64,000 nucleotides of DNA. Origin: Mobula birostris (lineage: Eukaryota). Below the pieces are notes generated by a model. The model did no database searches. It saw nothing but the letters and a program-made list of their open reading frames with translations, and was not told the DNA's origin. Positions 12,030-25,752 of the stretch are shown here, piece after piece; positions within the stretch are counted from its first letter, which is position 1, and every line of letters begins with the position of its first letter. The stretch is taken from the NCBI RefSeq assembly GCF_030028105.1, contig NC_092380.1, positions 12,365,123 to 12,429,122 of the forward strand, read 5' to 3'. A program made the translations under genes and the position numbers.

Positions 12030-12730
12030 GAGCATGGAATAGGTCCTCCTGGCCTTTCAAGCCACGCTGCCCAGTAACCCCTGATATAACCCTAGCCTAA
12101 TCACGGGGCAATTTACAATGACCAATTGACCTACAAACCGGTACATCTTTGTATCGTGGGAGAAACTGAAGTACCCGGAGATAGGAATTGAACCTCAGTC
12201 ACTGGTACTGTAAAGCATTGTGCTAAGTGTTATTTAAACCCATGAGCTCTTGGCTTGGGTGAGAGAACTAACCAGTAATTTCTAGCATGAATTTTTTCTT
12301 ATTCAGCATGGAGTAGGCCCTTCTGGCCCTCAAGCTATGCTGTCAGCAAACCCCAACCTAACCTTAGCCTAATCATGGGGCAACCAACGAACCTACTGTC
12401 CGATATGTCTTTGGGCTGTGGGAGGAAACCGGAGCACCTGGAAAAAACACATGCATTCACAGAGAGGACATACATGCTTACAGTTCCCTCTAAGCTGCAT
12501 GGGTGCACGGCCACACACGCATAGACTTTGTAGCCACATGGTTGGAATTTTCTAATATATAATAATTTAAAGTACCATGCAGTTTTCAGGCCATGTAAAA
12601 ATTTCCTGCTGAGAGCAAAAGTTGGTTCACACAACTTTAAAAAAAAAGGAACATTGCAGAGGACGCTGGGATTGAACTCCAAACTCTTGACATCCCTAGC
12701 TGTAATGATGTCACACTAACCGCTACGCCA
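12030..12730 (-). mobile_element. Two reverse-oriented V-SINEs; the second is interrupted by a hAT-like MITE (about 12481-12656)
   Basis: GTGGGAGGAAACCGGAGCACCTGGA core; the nested piece has ends CAGTTCCCTCTAA...AAAGGAACATTG. Confidence 0.6.
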
Positions 12731-13194
12731 CCATTATACTATGATAGAAAGAGAATGTGCTATAGGTGGAACAAGGAATGAAAATAAATGTTTATGTAGA
12801 ATAATAGATTCCTGTGAATAATCAAGTTCAATCCTGCAAATGCTTGAAGATGTCAGTTCCTTTAATTCAGTTGTCTGCACTTGTAACACTTTGCTCATTG
12901 TTAAATTAGTTGCCTTTACCAGCTCCTTGGCTGGTCTTGCAGTACTAATTGTGCGAATTCTCAGTATCTTCCCTCTCCTCTCTTGAAGGGATACATAAAC
13001 TGAGGTCTGGTGTTCTGCCAAGCCACCACTTGGTCCTTAAAGCTTAGTACTTAGTTGCAGGACGTCTCTCACCAGGCCTAACATTTGACCATTTCCCAGC
13101 TGTGATGGCCAGCAGTCAGCACAGGACCTGCTGCCTCTTGGCCTCTCCATAGCCCTGGGGTTGATGGTACTACCCTCATGCAAAGGAGGCAAAC

Positions 13195-13550
13195 TTGATC
13201 GAGGTGTGTAAGGTGATAAGAGGCATAGAGAAAGAGAACAGCCAACACCTTTCTCCCAGGCCGGCAACGGCTTTTACCAGAGGACATCTTTTTAAGGTCA
13301 TTGGAGGAATGCTTATAGTTAGGTCTGTTTACACAGAGACTGGTGGGTGCCTGGAACACATTGCCCAGGGTCACGATAGAGTCTTATACCATAGGGACAT
13401 TTAAGAGACTGTTGGAAGGCACATGGATGAAAGAAAGATAGAGGGTTATGTCCTGTGTAGCAGGGTAGTGTTACATTAATCTTGGAGCAGGCTAAAAAGG
13501 TTGACACACCATTGAGGGCCGAGGGGTCGGTACTCAACTATGTTCCATGT
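13195..13550 (+). mobile_element. CR1 LINE 3' fragment
   Basis: LIEVCKVIRGI...TRGHLFKV remnant and CR1-type 3' UTR. Confidence 0.6.
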
Positions 13551-13729
13551 ACTTGCAGACTCTAGGGTGCAAAGGGTTGTGTGAATTTGTGGGCAGTTTG
13601 CCTCATTTTCACACCGCTGGTGTGTTAATGCAGTTTTCACTGCTTACTGAGTGGTTTTGATCGCTGTTATTTTATGCAGTTGAAGTCTCTGATTTACTGA
13701 TGTCTTTCCTCTCCCCACCTCCTCCGCAG

Positions 13730-13986
13730 GTGAGAAACCTCATCAGTGCAGTGTTTGCTGGCGTTCATTCTCGCTCAGGGACTACTTGATAAAACACATG
13801 GTAACACACACAGGCGTGCGAGCGTACCAGTGCCCAGTGTGTAATAAACGCTTTACTCAAAAGAGTTCCCTCAACGTGCACATGCGGCTGCACCGTGGCG
13901 AGAAGGCCTTCGAGTGTCACGTCTGTAACAAACGTTTCTCGCACAAGACTCTGCTGGAGAGGCACATGGTCACACACATAATATAA
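13730..13986 (+). CDS. ZBTB45: ZBTB45 terminal coding exon (three C2H2 fingers)
   Basis: Acceptor cctccgcAG| at 13729; [85 protein letters not shown]. In frame with the previous exon (611 aa total); candidate AATAAA at 14482. Confidence 0.93.
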
Positions 13987-14489
13987 ACGCCCGGTGACGA
14001 GGCCCGGGCCGTACAATTCCCACACCAGTTTGCCGGGGAAAGAGTGATGTACTCGGCAGACCCATGCCTCATGCACCAAGGAGTTTTAGCCAGGGATATA
14101 AACCAGCCTTTGTGTGAACAGTTAGGAAGAGGTAGATGGCGTAAAACTGGGAACAGCTTAACCTTCCACTGCATCCCCACCCCAGCCTTGACAAGTAATT
14201 TCCAAACACAGCTCGGAGTGTGTGCATCAAACCTGGATGATGCTCAGGCAACACAGACGCCTAACTCCCGGCTCTATGTTGAGGTAACTCATTTGAACCA
14301 CAGTCTATTACCATTGGTCAGAGAGGAGACCTGTGGAGTGCACTAGCTATTAGATGTTCTGATGAGATCAGCTTGGCTGTGATGCATCTGAACAGATCAG
14401 ACAACTATCACATGTAGTAGAGGGGGATAAAGAACCTACTTGTGTTTCACAGACCTTAACCTGCAGTACTGTAGTACACAAAATAAAAG

Positions 14490-14990
14490 CATATTGCTTT
14501 TACATAGTGCCTTCATTGGAGCAAAATATCCCCAGGTGCTTCACAGGAACATTTCTAAACCAAAATTGATACCTGTCTAAGTCAGTAAAGCTTGGTGCAA
14601 ATAACCAAAGGCTTTGTCAACAAGTAGGTTTTAAACAGCATTTTGAAGGAGGTAAGGGAGATGGAGAAATTTAGGAAGGGAATTCCAGACTCGAAGCTCA
14701 GACAGCTGAAGTCCCAGCTTGGCAGCAGAATGAGTAAATTCAGGGATGATTAAAGAGGACAGAACTGGAGGAGCAGAGAAATCCCTGAGGGAATGGGGAG
14801 GGGGTGAACACATCAAGGGTATTTTAAATGAGGTATTGTGTAACTGGGGCCCCACGTGGGTCAGCAAGCACAGGATTGACCTGTGAGTGGACTCAGCATG
14901 AGTTCGGCCCAGGATCCCATGAGAGGCCAACTAGAAGAGTGTTGGGTTAATCAGGAATGGAAGTGACAAAGGCAAAATGGTGAAACTGCC
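14490..14990 (-). mobile_element. Old L2-type LINE 3' fragment
   Basis: Degenerate ...LRVWNSLP...LQNAV remnant and L2-like terminus (gtgaagcacctgggg...ggcactatgtaaaagcaa). Confidence 0.45.
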
Positions 14991-15699
14991 GTAATGAGAT
15001 TGATAAGTCCAGGTTGCTCAGCTAATTGCCATTTAAATACAGTGAATTCTGGAGTTCCCTTCCAATCCTTAAATTACATCTTATTCCAATTACTAACCTC
15101 TGCTAAGTTGAGTAGGTGCTCTTTTTCTTCATATTTTGGTCTTTCAGGTTTATATACCTCAGTTAGATCTCCCCTTGGCCTCTATTCCAAAATAAATTTG
15201 GCTAAACTTTCCTCACAATTGTCATGTGCATCTCTGTTAATATATCTTCATAACCTCTTCTCACTTTCACCGCCTCCCCTTAGTCTGCTAACCACATCTG
15301 TACAAATGCTCCTGCTGTGGCTTCATTAATATTTTAGGCAGTTCAAGTGTGACCTTCCAGCTCATATATCCACTGGAATAAAGGATAAGACCATGCTTTC
15401 CAGCTGAGCCACGGTAGTGGATATAACAAGTTGAACAGCCTGTGGCCTTTTACTGTCCATGTTGTGTGATGAATGGACCAATTGGACAATGTATCAAAAG
15501 TCATGTAGGGGTGAACTTACCAGCAGGATGTATTCAGAGTGACACATGGTTAAGTGACTAGGTGGAACTCCTGTGCAAAAAAGTCACAAATCCTTTGGAA
15601 AGAAATCTAATGATAAAATTTGGGACATTTGCCAACCAGTTTTTCATCAACCGAGTAATTTTGTGTTCTTGGTAAGGGCTTAAGTGAGGGACCAATTTA

Positions 15700-16437
15700 C
15701 AGTGGATTCCAGTTAATTGGGACAAATCAGGACCACCACATTTTGGCCCAATTAAGCAGCTACATTGCTCTGTCAAAATTTCAAGGAAATAGTTAAAAAG
15801 TTATAAAACAAAAGACAAACTAAAGTTTAACCGAGTAACAAATTATGTACTTAAATTGGAATGCTATTAATACTGCTACAATACTATAAAACTGTGTGTT
15901 ACTTCCTCATATTTACCTATGGAGGAATTCATCCAGCATACACCACTGTGTTCTATTGATTGTAATTGAACAAAAGCCTAAATACAGATAATGGACACAA
16001 TACTTTTGATGATTGTTGATACCTTCAAATTCTCTGTACTTCCTAACTTGCTGAAGTAGTGAAATCTTTTCATTTTCACTCTTGGCCGTTTCTGGCATCT
16101 CCATGCTTGAAACCAGTGCGAAAAGCAGATCAGAATTGTTTCTTGCCAGCTATCAGTGACAAAAATCACTGCTTTTAGAACACAAACACATGCAACTGAC
16201 ATTATTTAAAAACTTCGCTCTAAGCATGGTGTAGTGTCTAATGGCCACAAACGTGCACGATGGACACTAGTTAGAAACTATTCGGCAATGGTCTCCTGTC
16301 CTAATTAAGTGGCATAGTGTCCCAAATAACAAAAGAAACCCCAGCTAATCTCACAATTTTTTTTTATTCTTTGAGAGTTGTCCCAAATGAGCTGCTGCCC
16401 AGAAAGAACCAGTGGCCCAATTCACTGGAATCTACTG
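15700..16437. mobile_element. Tigger/pogo-like non-autonomous DNA transposon
   Basis: TA|CAGTGGATTCCAGTTAATTGGG ... CCCAATTCACTGGAATCTACTG|TA: 22-bp imperfect TIRs with TA target duplication. Confidence 0.85.
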
Positions 16438-16767
16438 TATTTAATTTTTCAGCTGATAATTGGACAATCAGCCACTTCAGCTTTGCCTTTCCTAATATTT
16501 TAACTGCTGTCTGAAATATGATTTCAAAATTAATAAAATGTGGCGCTTGAATTTAACCACTGTTAAGAGTGAAGCCCAGACTGATAGCTTGACATTTGCA
16601 GTCTTCACCCTTGCTACATGTCATGTTTTTCTAAAGCTGTTGCAAGGATTATTTGTCTTGCCTCTATTTGATGGTAATTTCACAGTAGTCACACTTATGA
16701 GGATCAGCCCAGCCACAATCCCAGTTCACCCAACAGTGTAAGCATTTAATACAGTTCCTCCTCATTT

Positions 16768-18438
16768 AGAATCAGAATCAGGTTTAATATTACCAGTATA
16801 TATATTGTGAAATTTGTTGTTATGCAGCAGCAGTGCATTCAATACATAATAAAAAAAACAAATTACAGTAAATATATATATCTATATTTTAAAAGTAGTG
16901 AGGTAGTGTTCACTGGTTCAATGTTCATTCAGATATCTGATGGCAGAAGGGAAGACGCTATTTCTGAATTGTTGAGTGTGTGCCTTGACAATTTTCTTTG
17001 AACACACCTGCCAGCTGCCTCCAAATCAGGGATCATAGGATCACTGGGTGCTGCAGCATTCTTTGTAGCTGTAGTTACATTCTCCCTTTCAAAGAGTGGA
17101 TGAGTGGCGTTGAGCTCATCTGGGAATGAAGCATCGCTGCTATTCGTGACATTAGGCTTTGCTTTATGGGAAACAACGGCCTGCAAACCCTGCCGGATTT
17201 GACGTGCATCCGATTCTCCCTCTAACCTCGTTAGGAATTGTTCTTGAGATCGTCCTCCACAAGTCGTACCTGGCCTTCTTGTGTAGTCCTAGTTCATCCA
17301 CGGCTTTTGATTCGGGTATGTACAGTATGTTCTCGTAGGCACACGTTTTAATGAAGTCGGTGACAACTGTGGCGTAGTAATTCAGACTGGAAGACAAATC
17401 CAGTCCACCGACTCAAAGCAGTTCTGTAAGCGCTCCAACACCTCCCTTATCCTTACCTTCTTGGTCCTCATAACTTGTGCTGCGGTCTTCAGTCTCTGCC
17501 TGATACTCAGGGAGCAGAACTATAGCCAGGTCATCAGAGTTTATAAAGTGTGGGCGTGGGCTGGCACGGTAAGCGCTCTTGATGGTAGTATAACAGTGGT
17601 CCAGTGTGTTGGCTCCTCTGGTTCTGCAAGTGATATGTTGGTAATAACTGCTTAGAGACTTTTCCAGACTGGCCTGGTTAAAGTGCCCCAAAATGATAGG
17701 GAAGGCATCAGGGTGCGCCGTTTCATGTCTGTTGATTACGTTGCTCAGTTCATCTATCGCCTGTTCGACATGGACTTGAGATGGGATGTACACCGCTACC
17801 AAGATTATGGCTGAAAACTCGCGCGGCAGGTAAAATGGACTGCACTTGATGGCGAGATGCTCCAGGCCAGGTGAGCAGGACTGGGACAGCACCGTCACAC
17901 TTGAACACCACAAGGAGTTGATCATAAACCACACTCCACCTCCTGTGCCTTTGAGAGACTCAGCAGTCCAGTCTTGGCGGTGAATTGTGAAGCCCTCGAC
18001 CTTTATCTCTGCGTCCGGAATGGAGGAGGATAACGAAGACTCCGTGAAACAAAAAACACAGAAAGTTCTAATGTCCTTCTGGTTCAGCAATCCTGCTTTT
18101 AGATAATCGATTTCATTTACCAGAGACTGTACGTTTACCAGCAGGATAGTCGGTATTGGGAGTCGAAAACCATGCTTCTTTAAACGAACTTTTAAACCAG
18201 AGCGGGAACCTCTCTTTCGCCGTCTTAAAGGGGCATCGTGAAAGAGACCAGAGTCCGTTCCAGTTTCGTCGACTTTGAGTATTGATAGACTTTTTAACCG
18301 ACTTAAGACGGTGTTACTTACTGTGTTGTTCATGGCTGTAGCCGTGGATTTCAGCTGTAGTAGTCTTAAACGGGAATATTTGATGGTTTCCATCAGAGTT
18401 GCTCGCACAAGCGGGTTTCTTAATGACGCCCCGGAAGT
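16768..18438 (-). mobile_element. Rex1/Babar LINE, internally deleted (5' end, APE endonuclease and 3' tail retained; RT missing)
   Basis: ORF 17413-18483 has AP-endonuclease motifs (LLVNVQSL, FCFTES, GGGV, AVYIP, LGHFN, TRGANTLDHCY, SDD); DASFPDELN remnant near 17130; (GATTCT)n tail at 16768. Confidence 0.85.
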
Positions 18439-18449
18439 TATCTCAAACA

Positions 18450-18915
18450 CAATTCCACTTCCCATTCCCATATGCCAGTCCATGGCCCCCTCTACTGTCG
18501 GGATGGAGCCACACTCGGGCTGGAGGAGTGGGTAGCCTTGGCATGAACATTGTTTTCTCGAACTTCCTTGCCCCTCCTTCCCTTCCCGTTTCCCTCTCTC
18601 ACCTCATCTCCTTACCTGCCCGTCACCTCCCTCTGGTGCGCCTTCGCCTTCCCTTTCTTCCATGGTCTACAGTCCTCTATCCGATTTCCCCTTCTCCAGC
18701 CCTTTATCTCATTCACCAATCGACTCTGTCAGCTTTTAACTTCACCCCCTCCCTCTCCTAGTTTCACCTACCACCTTGTCCCCACCCCCTTTTATTCTGG
18801 CATCTTCCCAATTCCTTTCCAGTCCTGATGAAGGGTCTTTGCCCAAAACGTTGACTCTCTTCCGTGGATGATGTCTGACCTGCTGAGTTCCTCCAGCATT
18901 TTGTGCGTGTTGCTC
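18450..18915 (+). mobile_element. Penelope-like element 3' end with degenerate hammerhead motif
   Basis: NSTSHSHMPVHG...GSL.GMNIVFSNF GIY-YIG C-terminal remnant, pyrimidine-rich tract, CTGATGAAGGGTCTTTGCCCAAAACGTTGAC at 18825. Confidence 0.7.
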
Positions 18916-19012
18916 CGGAAGATTCGTCCATAGCCCGCGCATCTCCAGACATGGTGACTGAAGGTTGGCAGCCTCACACTTAACCTTTCCCTCAGGAATA
19001 ACCAATGCCTCA

Positions 19013-19298
19013 CATAGAAACAGAAAATAGGTGCAGGAGTAGGCCATTCGGCCCTTCGAGCCTGCATCGCCATTCAGTATAATCATGGCTGAGCATCCAA
19101 CTCAGAACCCTGTACCTGCCTTCTCTCCATACCCCCGATCCCTTTTGCCACAAGGGCCATATCTAACTCCCTCTTAAATATAGCCAATGAACTGGCCTCA
19201 ACTTTTCCTGCGGCAGAGAATTCCACAGATTCACCACTCTCTGTGTGAAGAAGTTTTCCCCCATCTCGGTCCTAAAAGGCTTCCCCTTTATCCTTAAA
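19013..19298 (-). mobile_element. Young CR1 LINE 3' end
   Basis: Near-identical to 52905-53190 and to the reverse complement of 56520-56800; (TTTCTATG)n tail. Confidence 0.85.
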
Positions 19299-20379
19299 CT
19301 CACAAGCTATCCATGTTCCCTACCCTGGCCCACAAGAAAGTGTAGTCATGGTATACTGGGATCTGCATTGCTATTGGCCTGGTACTTAATTATAGTTTAT
19401 TAGTATGTATCCATCACACATCATTGTACCTACGTACATCTGAGCAGTACCAACCAGGCAAAGGTTTACAGGCTGATGGAAATTGGGAGCTCTATTGTTC
19501 ATTTTGGCATCCAGATTACTAAGAAAATCAATCATTGTTCTGCTCCACATTAATTATCAGTGAGGTAAACTAAAGGCAGAGTGATAGCTTGCTAGTATTG
19601 CCTCTTTTCCCCCTCCCAACATAATGAAGTGGTTTGTCACAGTTCATACATGATGATAGTGAGTTGTTAATGCTGTTCAGAGAACTAAATATCATTGTTG
19701 CAGTTGTTACACCTTCTTGGTTCTCAATGGTAATCTTTATATTGCTGTGTCTTTGCCTGCATTTGTTTCAAAGTGAGCTACAGTTATCTTTAAACAATGT
19801 TTGGATCCTGGCATTAACCATGGGTATACTTGCTGCATAAGGACCAAGCCACAAGATTTCAAGGCATGACCTCAGTTTTCCAGCTTCCTGTTAGTAAAAA
19901 GAGAGTCAGTCATGGTGCTGGACAAATATGCTGACCAGAAAGCTGAATGTTAAATGCTTTCCCTCTTACTTCTGCTGCTGTGGCTGTGCTTTGTAGAAAT
20001 CTTGACCTGTTGGACTGCTGGCCTTTTCAGCCAGATTTAGCATTGCTGCATAGAAGGATGGCTGGCCAGAACCCTGTGCAAAGGTGGATTTCTGGTCCAG
20101 TGCCATATGATGATGGCCCTAGAACAGTCCCTGCACTCTACAGTCACTGGTGATCTTTGTCAAGAATGTGTTCAACTGTTGATTAAAATTCGATTGGTGC
20201 AGTGGGGACACTGAACTCTTGTGCACGTGGTCTGTAAGCCTGGTTCCATTGTGTAAGACCTTCAGGATCAGACAATGCTGTAAAATCACAAAATTCCTGC
20301 CTGTTTCTAATCAATCACCAAACGGGTCCAAGGAGTGGCTGCAACATTGGACTTTAAGTATGGTAGCTGTATCTAAAGT

Positions 20380-20925
20380 TTAAAGTAAATTTTACTATCA
20401 AAGCACATATATATCACACAACCCTGAGATTAATTTTGCTGCGGGCATACTTGGCAAATCTATAGAATAGTAGCTATAAACACAATCAAATAGAGTATAG
20501 GAGACAACAAACTGTGCAAATGCAAATATAAATAACAAGAGCATGAAATAAGATTTAAAAATCCTTTAAGTGAGAATTGGTTCTGGGAACATCTCAATAG
20601 ATAAGGGTAGTTATCCTCTTTTGTTCAAGAGCCTGATGGTTGAGGGGTAGTAACTGTTCTTGAACTTGGTGATGTGAGGCCTGAGGCTCTTGTATCTTCT
20701 ACCTGATGGCGACAGAGAAAAGAGCACGGCATGGTGAGGATCTTTGATGATGGATGCTGTTTTTTTACAACAGCGTTTCACGTAGACGTGCTCAATGGTT
20801 GGGAGGCCTTTACCTGTGTTGTACTTGGCTACATCCACTACCTTTTGTAGGATTTTCCTTTCAAAGGCATTGGTGTTCCCATACCAGCCTGTGATGCAAC
20901 CAGTCAAAACACTCTCCATTACACA
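20380..20925 (-). mobile_element. Rex1-type LINE 3' fragment
   Basis: ESVLTGCITGWYG...DPHHAVLFSLSPSGRRYKSLR...FKNSYYPSTIRLLN. Confidence 0.8.
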
Positions 20926-20944
20926 GCTAAATAAAACGTATTTA

Positions 20945-21400
20945 AAAAGCCAGTGTTCCCGGTGCTGCCCCCTCTGCATCAGTGAGACCCAATGCAAATT
21001 GGGGGGGGGGGGGGAACACCATTTTGTCGAGCACCTTCGCTCCATCTGCCACAGAAGGGAGGATCACCCTGTGGCCACTCATTTCAATTCGACTCATCAT
21101 TTTCATTCTGGCATGTCAGTTCATGGCCTCCTCTATTGCCATGATGAGACCAAACTCAGGTTAGGTTACCTCCTGCTCCATCTGGGGAGCATCCAACCTG
21201 ACAGCTTGCACAATGATTGCTTTACTTCCAGTAATTCCACCCCCCGCCCCCCCAACACCCTTTTTTAAAAAATTCCCATTCTGGTTATCCCTTCTCACCT
21301 ACCCACGACCGCCTCTGGTTCACCCCCCCCCCTTCCATGGTCCATTGTCCTCTCCTACTAGATTCCTCCTTCAGCTCTTTACCCCTACCACAATACACAC
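20945..21400 (+). mobile_element. Penelope-like retroelement GIY-YIG endonuclease remnant
   Basis: CSRCCPLCISET...HFVEHLRSIC...HPVATHFNSTHH..SGMSVHGLLYC...LHLGSIQPDSLH matches the PLE GIY-YIG C-terminal pattern. Confidence 0.75.
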
Positions 21401-24400
21401 CCAACAGCGCCAGCTTTCAGGGTTTAGATGCTCTAACTCTCCAGAATATGGATAGCTGGCGCGGCCTTTAAGGATTCAGGACCATCCTTCCAATTGGCAG
21501 CAATGTTTTAGCAGCAGGATTTTAATATTTAAGGAGCACCTGAACGGAGGCTCAGTGCTCAATCGTCAGCTCTTCTTGGATTCTTATCTAGCGGTTAGTC
21601 TTGCATTCTGTGCTTGTTTCAGTCTTGATTCCAGCCTCGGATACTCCGGCACTTGGGTCCAACCATCCTCACTTAGGTCTCCAGTCACACCACTACCAAA
21701 CTTCTTACTTCAACCCCCTCCTCCCTCACCTATCGTCTCCTTCCTCTCCCCTACCTTCTTATTCTGGCTTCTGCCCCCTTCTGTTCCAGTCTAATGTCGG
21801 CCGTTTATTCCCCTCCGTAGTTACCCGACCTGTGGAGTTCCTCCAGCATTCTGTGTGTTTTGCTGAGACTTGCCAATGTCTTTGCTGTAGGAGTTTTCCA
21901 GAGGAAGTCGCCCCCAGAGATCGGTTTAGTAGCTTCACCGCTATCCTGCAGAGACTACGTTGTTTTGTTGTGCTTCCTGAGACTCTGATCTCAGTTTGGT
22001 GAAGATCCAGGAATTGATCCCACTACAGAAATTATACCTGCTTAATTCTACGCAACAACAGCAAAGGGTTTCAGGTTGATGTTTTTATGTCATGGCTGAG
22101 ATTCTGCTCCTAATCTCAATACGTGGATGGCCATAAGGGTGGGGTTGGGGTGGGAAGTGAACACACAGCAAATCTACCATCGGGCCAGACAAAATAATGA
22201 ACTCACTATTCTCTCCCAGCTCTGCATGAGATAAACTTGTCCTTTGATAAAGAGCAGGGAGTTCCTGCCACAGACCCTTACCATTAACCGAGGGGTCCAT
22301 GGACCCCCTGATCATGAGGGCTTGGATAGAGACTTGGTTCTGAACGCTCCTGGTTGAGAGTTAAGTGAGAGTTATTGGGCTGGCCCAGCTGTCTGACTAC
22401 ATTTTCTAGTGCAACACTACACTGAATGGAATACTAACCCTCTAAATAAGCCAGTGGTGAGCTTAAGTAGTGGGTGCAGTGAACTTTAATTGATATATGC
22501 AATATTTTGCCATAGAGCTGTACAGCACAGAAACAGGCCCTTCAGCCCACTATATTTATGCTGTAGAACACTATGAATACTAATCCAATTTTCTTGCACT
22601 AGTTCCATATCCCTATGTGCATCATTCATTTAAAATACCTGTCAAGGTGCCTTTTCATTGAGAACTAATTGCTCCTAAGATCAGAGAGCAGAGGGTGAAG
22701 GTGCATATCAGGCAGGTTGTGTCACCTGGCAGAGATGGAGTTGCTGTAAGACAATAGTTGACAGAGGCAAGATGGTTCAGAGATTACTTTCGATTTTTAA
22801 ATTGAGATACAGCAGAATAGGCCCTTTGAGCCAGACTGTCCAGCAATGCCCAACTTAACTAAGCCCAATCATGGGACAATTTACAATGGCCAATCAACCT
22901 ACCAACTGGTAGGTCAGTGCCCGGAAAACATGGGCAAAGAGAGAACATATGGGAAATGAACCCTGGTTGCTAGTAAAGAATTGTACTAACCACTATGTCA
23001 ATCACTGCCCCAGGAATTCCTACCCCTGTTTACAGCCTACAGATACTTTTGATTGCACTTGTTATCAGGGATTCCTGGTTGATATTCATCAGGCAGGATG
23101 TCAGTACTCAGTACTTGATTCATTGTAATAAAAAGGATCCTTTGCCGAGGTACTCAGCCATCTGTCCTCAAAAGGAACAGGACTGGCTCCAGGGAGAGTA
23201 AACACTTTAAGGAACCGTACTTTGAGGAGAGTTTGCACCTTCAGTGAAAAACTGTAGTTGAGAGCAGCAGCATTCGGACTGCACATGGACAGTCAGGAAC
23301 TGTAGCTCAGAGTCAGCACCCTCAAGAACCACATTGGGTGGGAAGCTACAAATTTACAGGTGAACAAATATGTTAATTGGGAGCAGGAACTTCACTCGCA
23401 GAAGGGATTCTGCAGATGCTGGAAATCCAGAGTGAAGTAACAGTATGATGCCGGAGGAACTCAGCAGGTTCAAGCAGCAACTGTGGAGAGGAAGTAAGAG
23501 TGAGTGAGTGAGTGTGTGTCTTGGTAAAGGAATGCACTAGTGACGGCATGTATGTAAAGTTATTTTTAGAGAACATTTTTAATAATTTTAGATGTTTATA
23601 ACTCACACAGACAATTTAAAAACCTTCAATATGTGATTTTCTTTTTTGCCTTTCTGGGAGTAACATGCACACACTCAGCAATTCAAGAACAGCTTCTTCG
23701 CCTCCACCGTCTGATTTCTAAATGGACTTTGAAACCATGAACATTACCCCACTAATTTTTTTTAAATTTCTGATTTTTGCACCACTTATTTTAACTTAAC
23801 TCTTTAATAGACATTAAAGAGATTATTTTAATAGACTTTACATAATTCAGTTTTTCCCCTCTTTATTTATCCTGTCTTTCATTGCACTGCTGGCATAAAG
23901 TTAACAAATTTCATAACATGTACCAAGGATATTAAACCTGATTCTGAGGACTGCCACTTTTATTGGCTGGAATGGGTGTGTGTGATTAGTTTCTTTTAGT
24001 GCAACAGCTTATGGGGTGAAGCTGCTTACAAGGAGGCAGTCTTCAGTGTCTCAGATGGCTTGGCCAGACTATTTTCTTGTTAGTAAATTGCAAGATTGTG
24101 ATGGTTACAGTCTGCCAATACTTCATGAATCACAGTGCTACCCTCCACATCCCTTTCTGCCAGGACTGGTGTGGACAGAGAGCTTGAAGCTGCGTTTTGC
24201 TTTGCTGCTGCTGAGGCTCATCAAACACCTTCAAACCCAGGGATTCCCAGACTGGGGTCCACAGACCCCTCAGTTAATGACATACAAAAGGGTGGGAACC
24301 ACTGCTCACACCATTGGGAAAGAGGTACTGAAGGAAGTGGGGAATTGAAGCTCAATTTAAAAGCCTGACTTATCTCTGAGAGGCTGCTAGAAAAGCTACT

Positions 24401-25752
24401 GACTACTTGTTCAAGATCAAGAATATGCCAAATATTATCTAATTATGATCATTTTAAATAAGGCCTGAAAAAGCTAGGATCAAAATTTGAATGAAATTAT
24501 TGCAAATGTCTGCAATGCTTTGTGCCCAGAGGCTCCGCTCTACAAGTGACCCGAACCCATGGAACACAGGTGCACATATGGAAAGTTCTCCTAGTCAAGT
24601 GCACAAACCTGTTAAATCCTGTTTCTCAAAATAGATTCAGCTATGGATGTTTGTTTCTGTGCGCAGTTTCTAGTGTTAGGCTGTGAGCGTGGCATTCACT
24701 CCTCCAGTCAGGTTTATCCTGTACCGGTGGAGTGGTGGCACCCCACACCAGGCTTCAGAGCAAAAGGTCAGTCCCAGGTTTGAATCTAGCGGGCTCCTTG
24801 CACGAGTCCCACTTGTGCCTGGGTTGGCCGCCTAAAACAGACAAACGTTAAGGAAATGGCAAGGTTGCAACCCGAGCACGGGGAGGAATTTTACCTTTTT
24901 TTATAAAAACCATACACACGCAAAACCAGGGTGTTGAGACCGGAGGCAAGGGTTGGGCTGCTTCTGCTCAATACTGTACTCCGCTCTCGGCAGCACTGAA
25001 ACCTTGTCCTGTTCTGGCTGCTCCAGGCTTTGTATCTGTGGGCCCCGAGGCGATTTTCCCAACTGTGTAATGAAGTGAGGCTGAGGGCCTGCTCTGGGCC
25101 TCGTGTCTGCCGACTCACTTTCATTCGAAAAACTGCTGTTTGCTTTTATTGTTTGCACGATTTTGTTTTCCCCTCCTCTCTCTGTGCACTGGGTGTTGAT
25201 CTTTGTAATTGAGTTCTTGTTTTGTGGCTGCCTGTAAGCAGATGAATCTCAAGGTTATATAATTAGTACATTCTTTGATAATAAATGTACTTTGACTCAC
25301 TCTGGTAGTGATCTTGTATGAATGTCACAGGTATCAATGTAATACTTTTCACAATTCAAGAGTATGGCAATTTCACTGGCCCACTGTTTGTTTAAATTTT
25401 GCCAAAGTTCAAGTCCATCTGTTGGATAGATGTTATTTTCTTCTTTCCTGAAATAACAGAAAATGGATATGACTGAAAACACCTCCGTCTGAATAGTGTC
25501 AGTATGACTTGAACAAATGCCTTTGCTGTTAGCACTTTCATGGGTTTGTGTAATTGTTTTCTTCAACAGAATAAGATAAATAATAAAATGTGCTTTTAAA
25601 ATATTGCAAATGCAAAAATGTTAGATTGATTCCCAATGTGTGATGTTGCAACTAATTGGACCTGAACTGATTCAAGGTTGAGTTGATTACAAATGAAAAT
25701 CAAGGCTTAATTTTTACAGCAGCTTTGTGTCTGGTCTTACAATAAATGTAGT

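Noticed and set aside
19580-19900. Possible minus-strand exon after ctctttttactaacAG
   Set aside because: Stops in all frames, no recognisable peptide and no partner exons.
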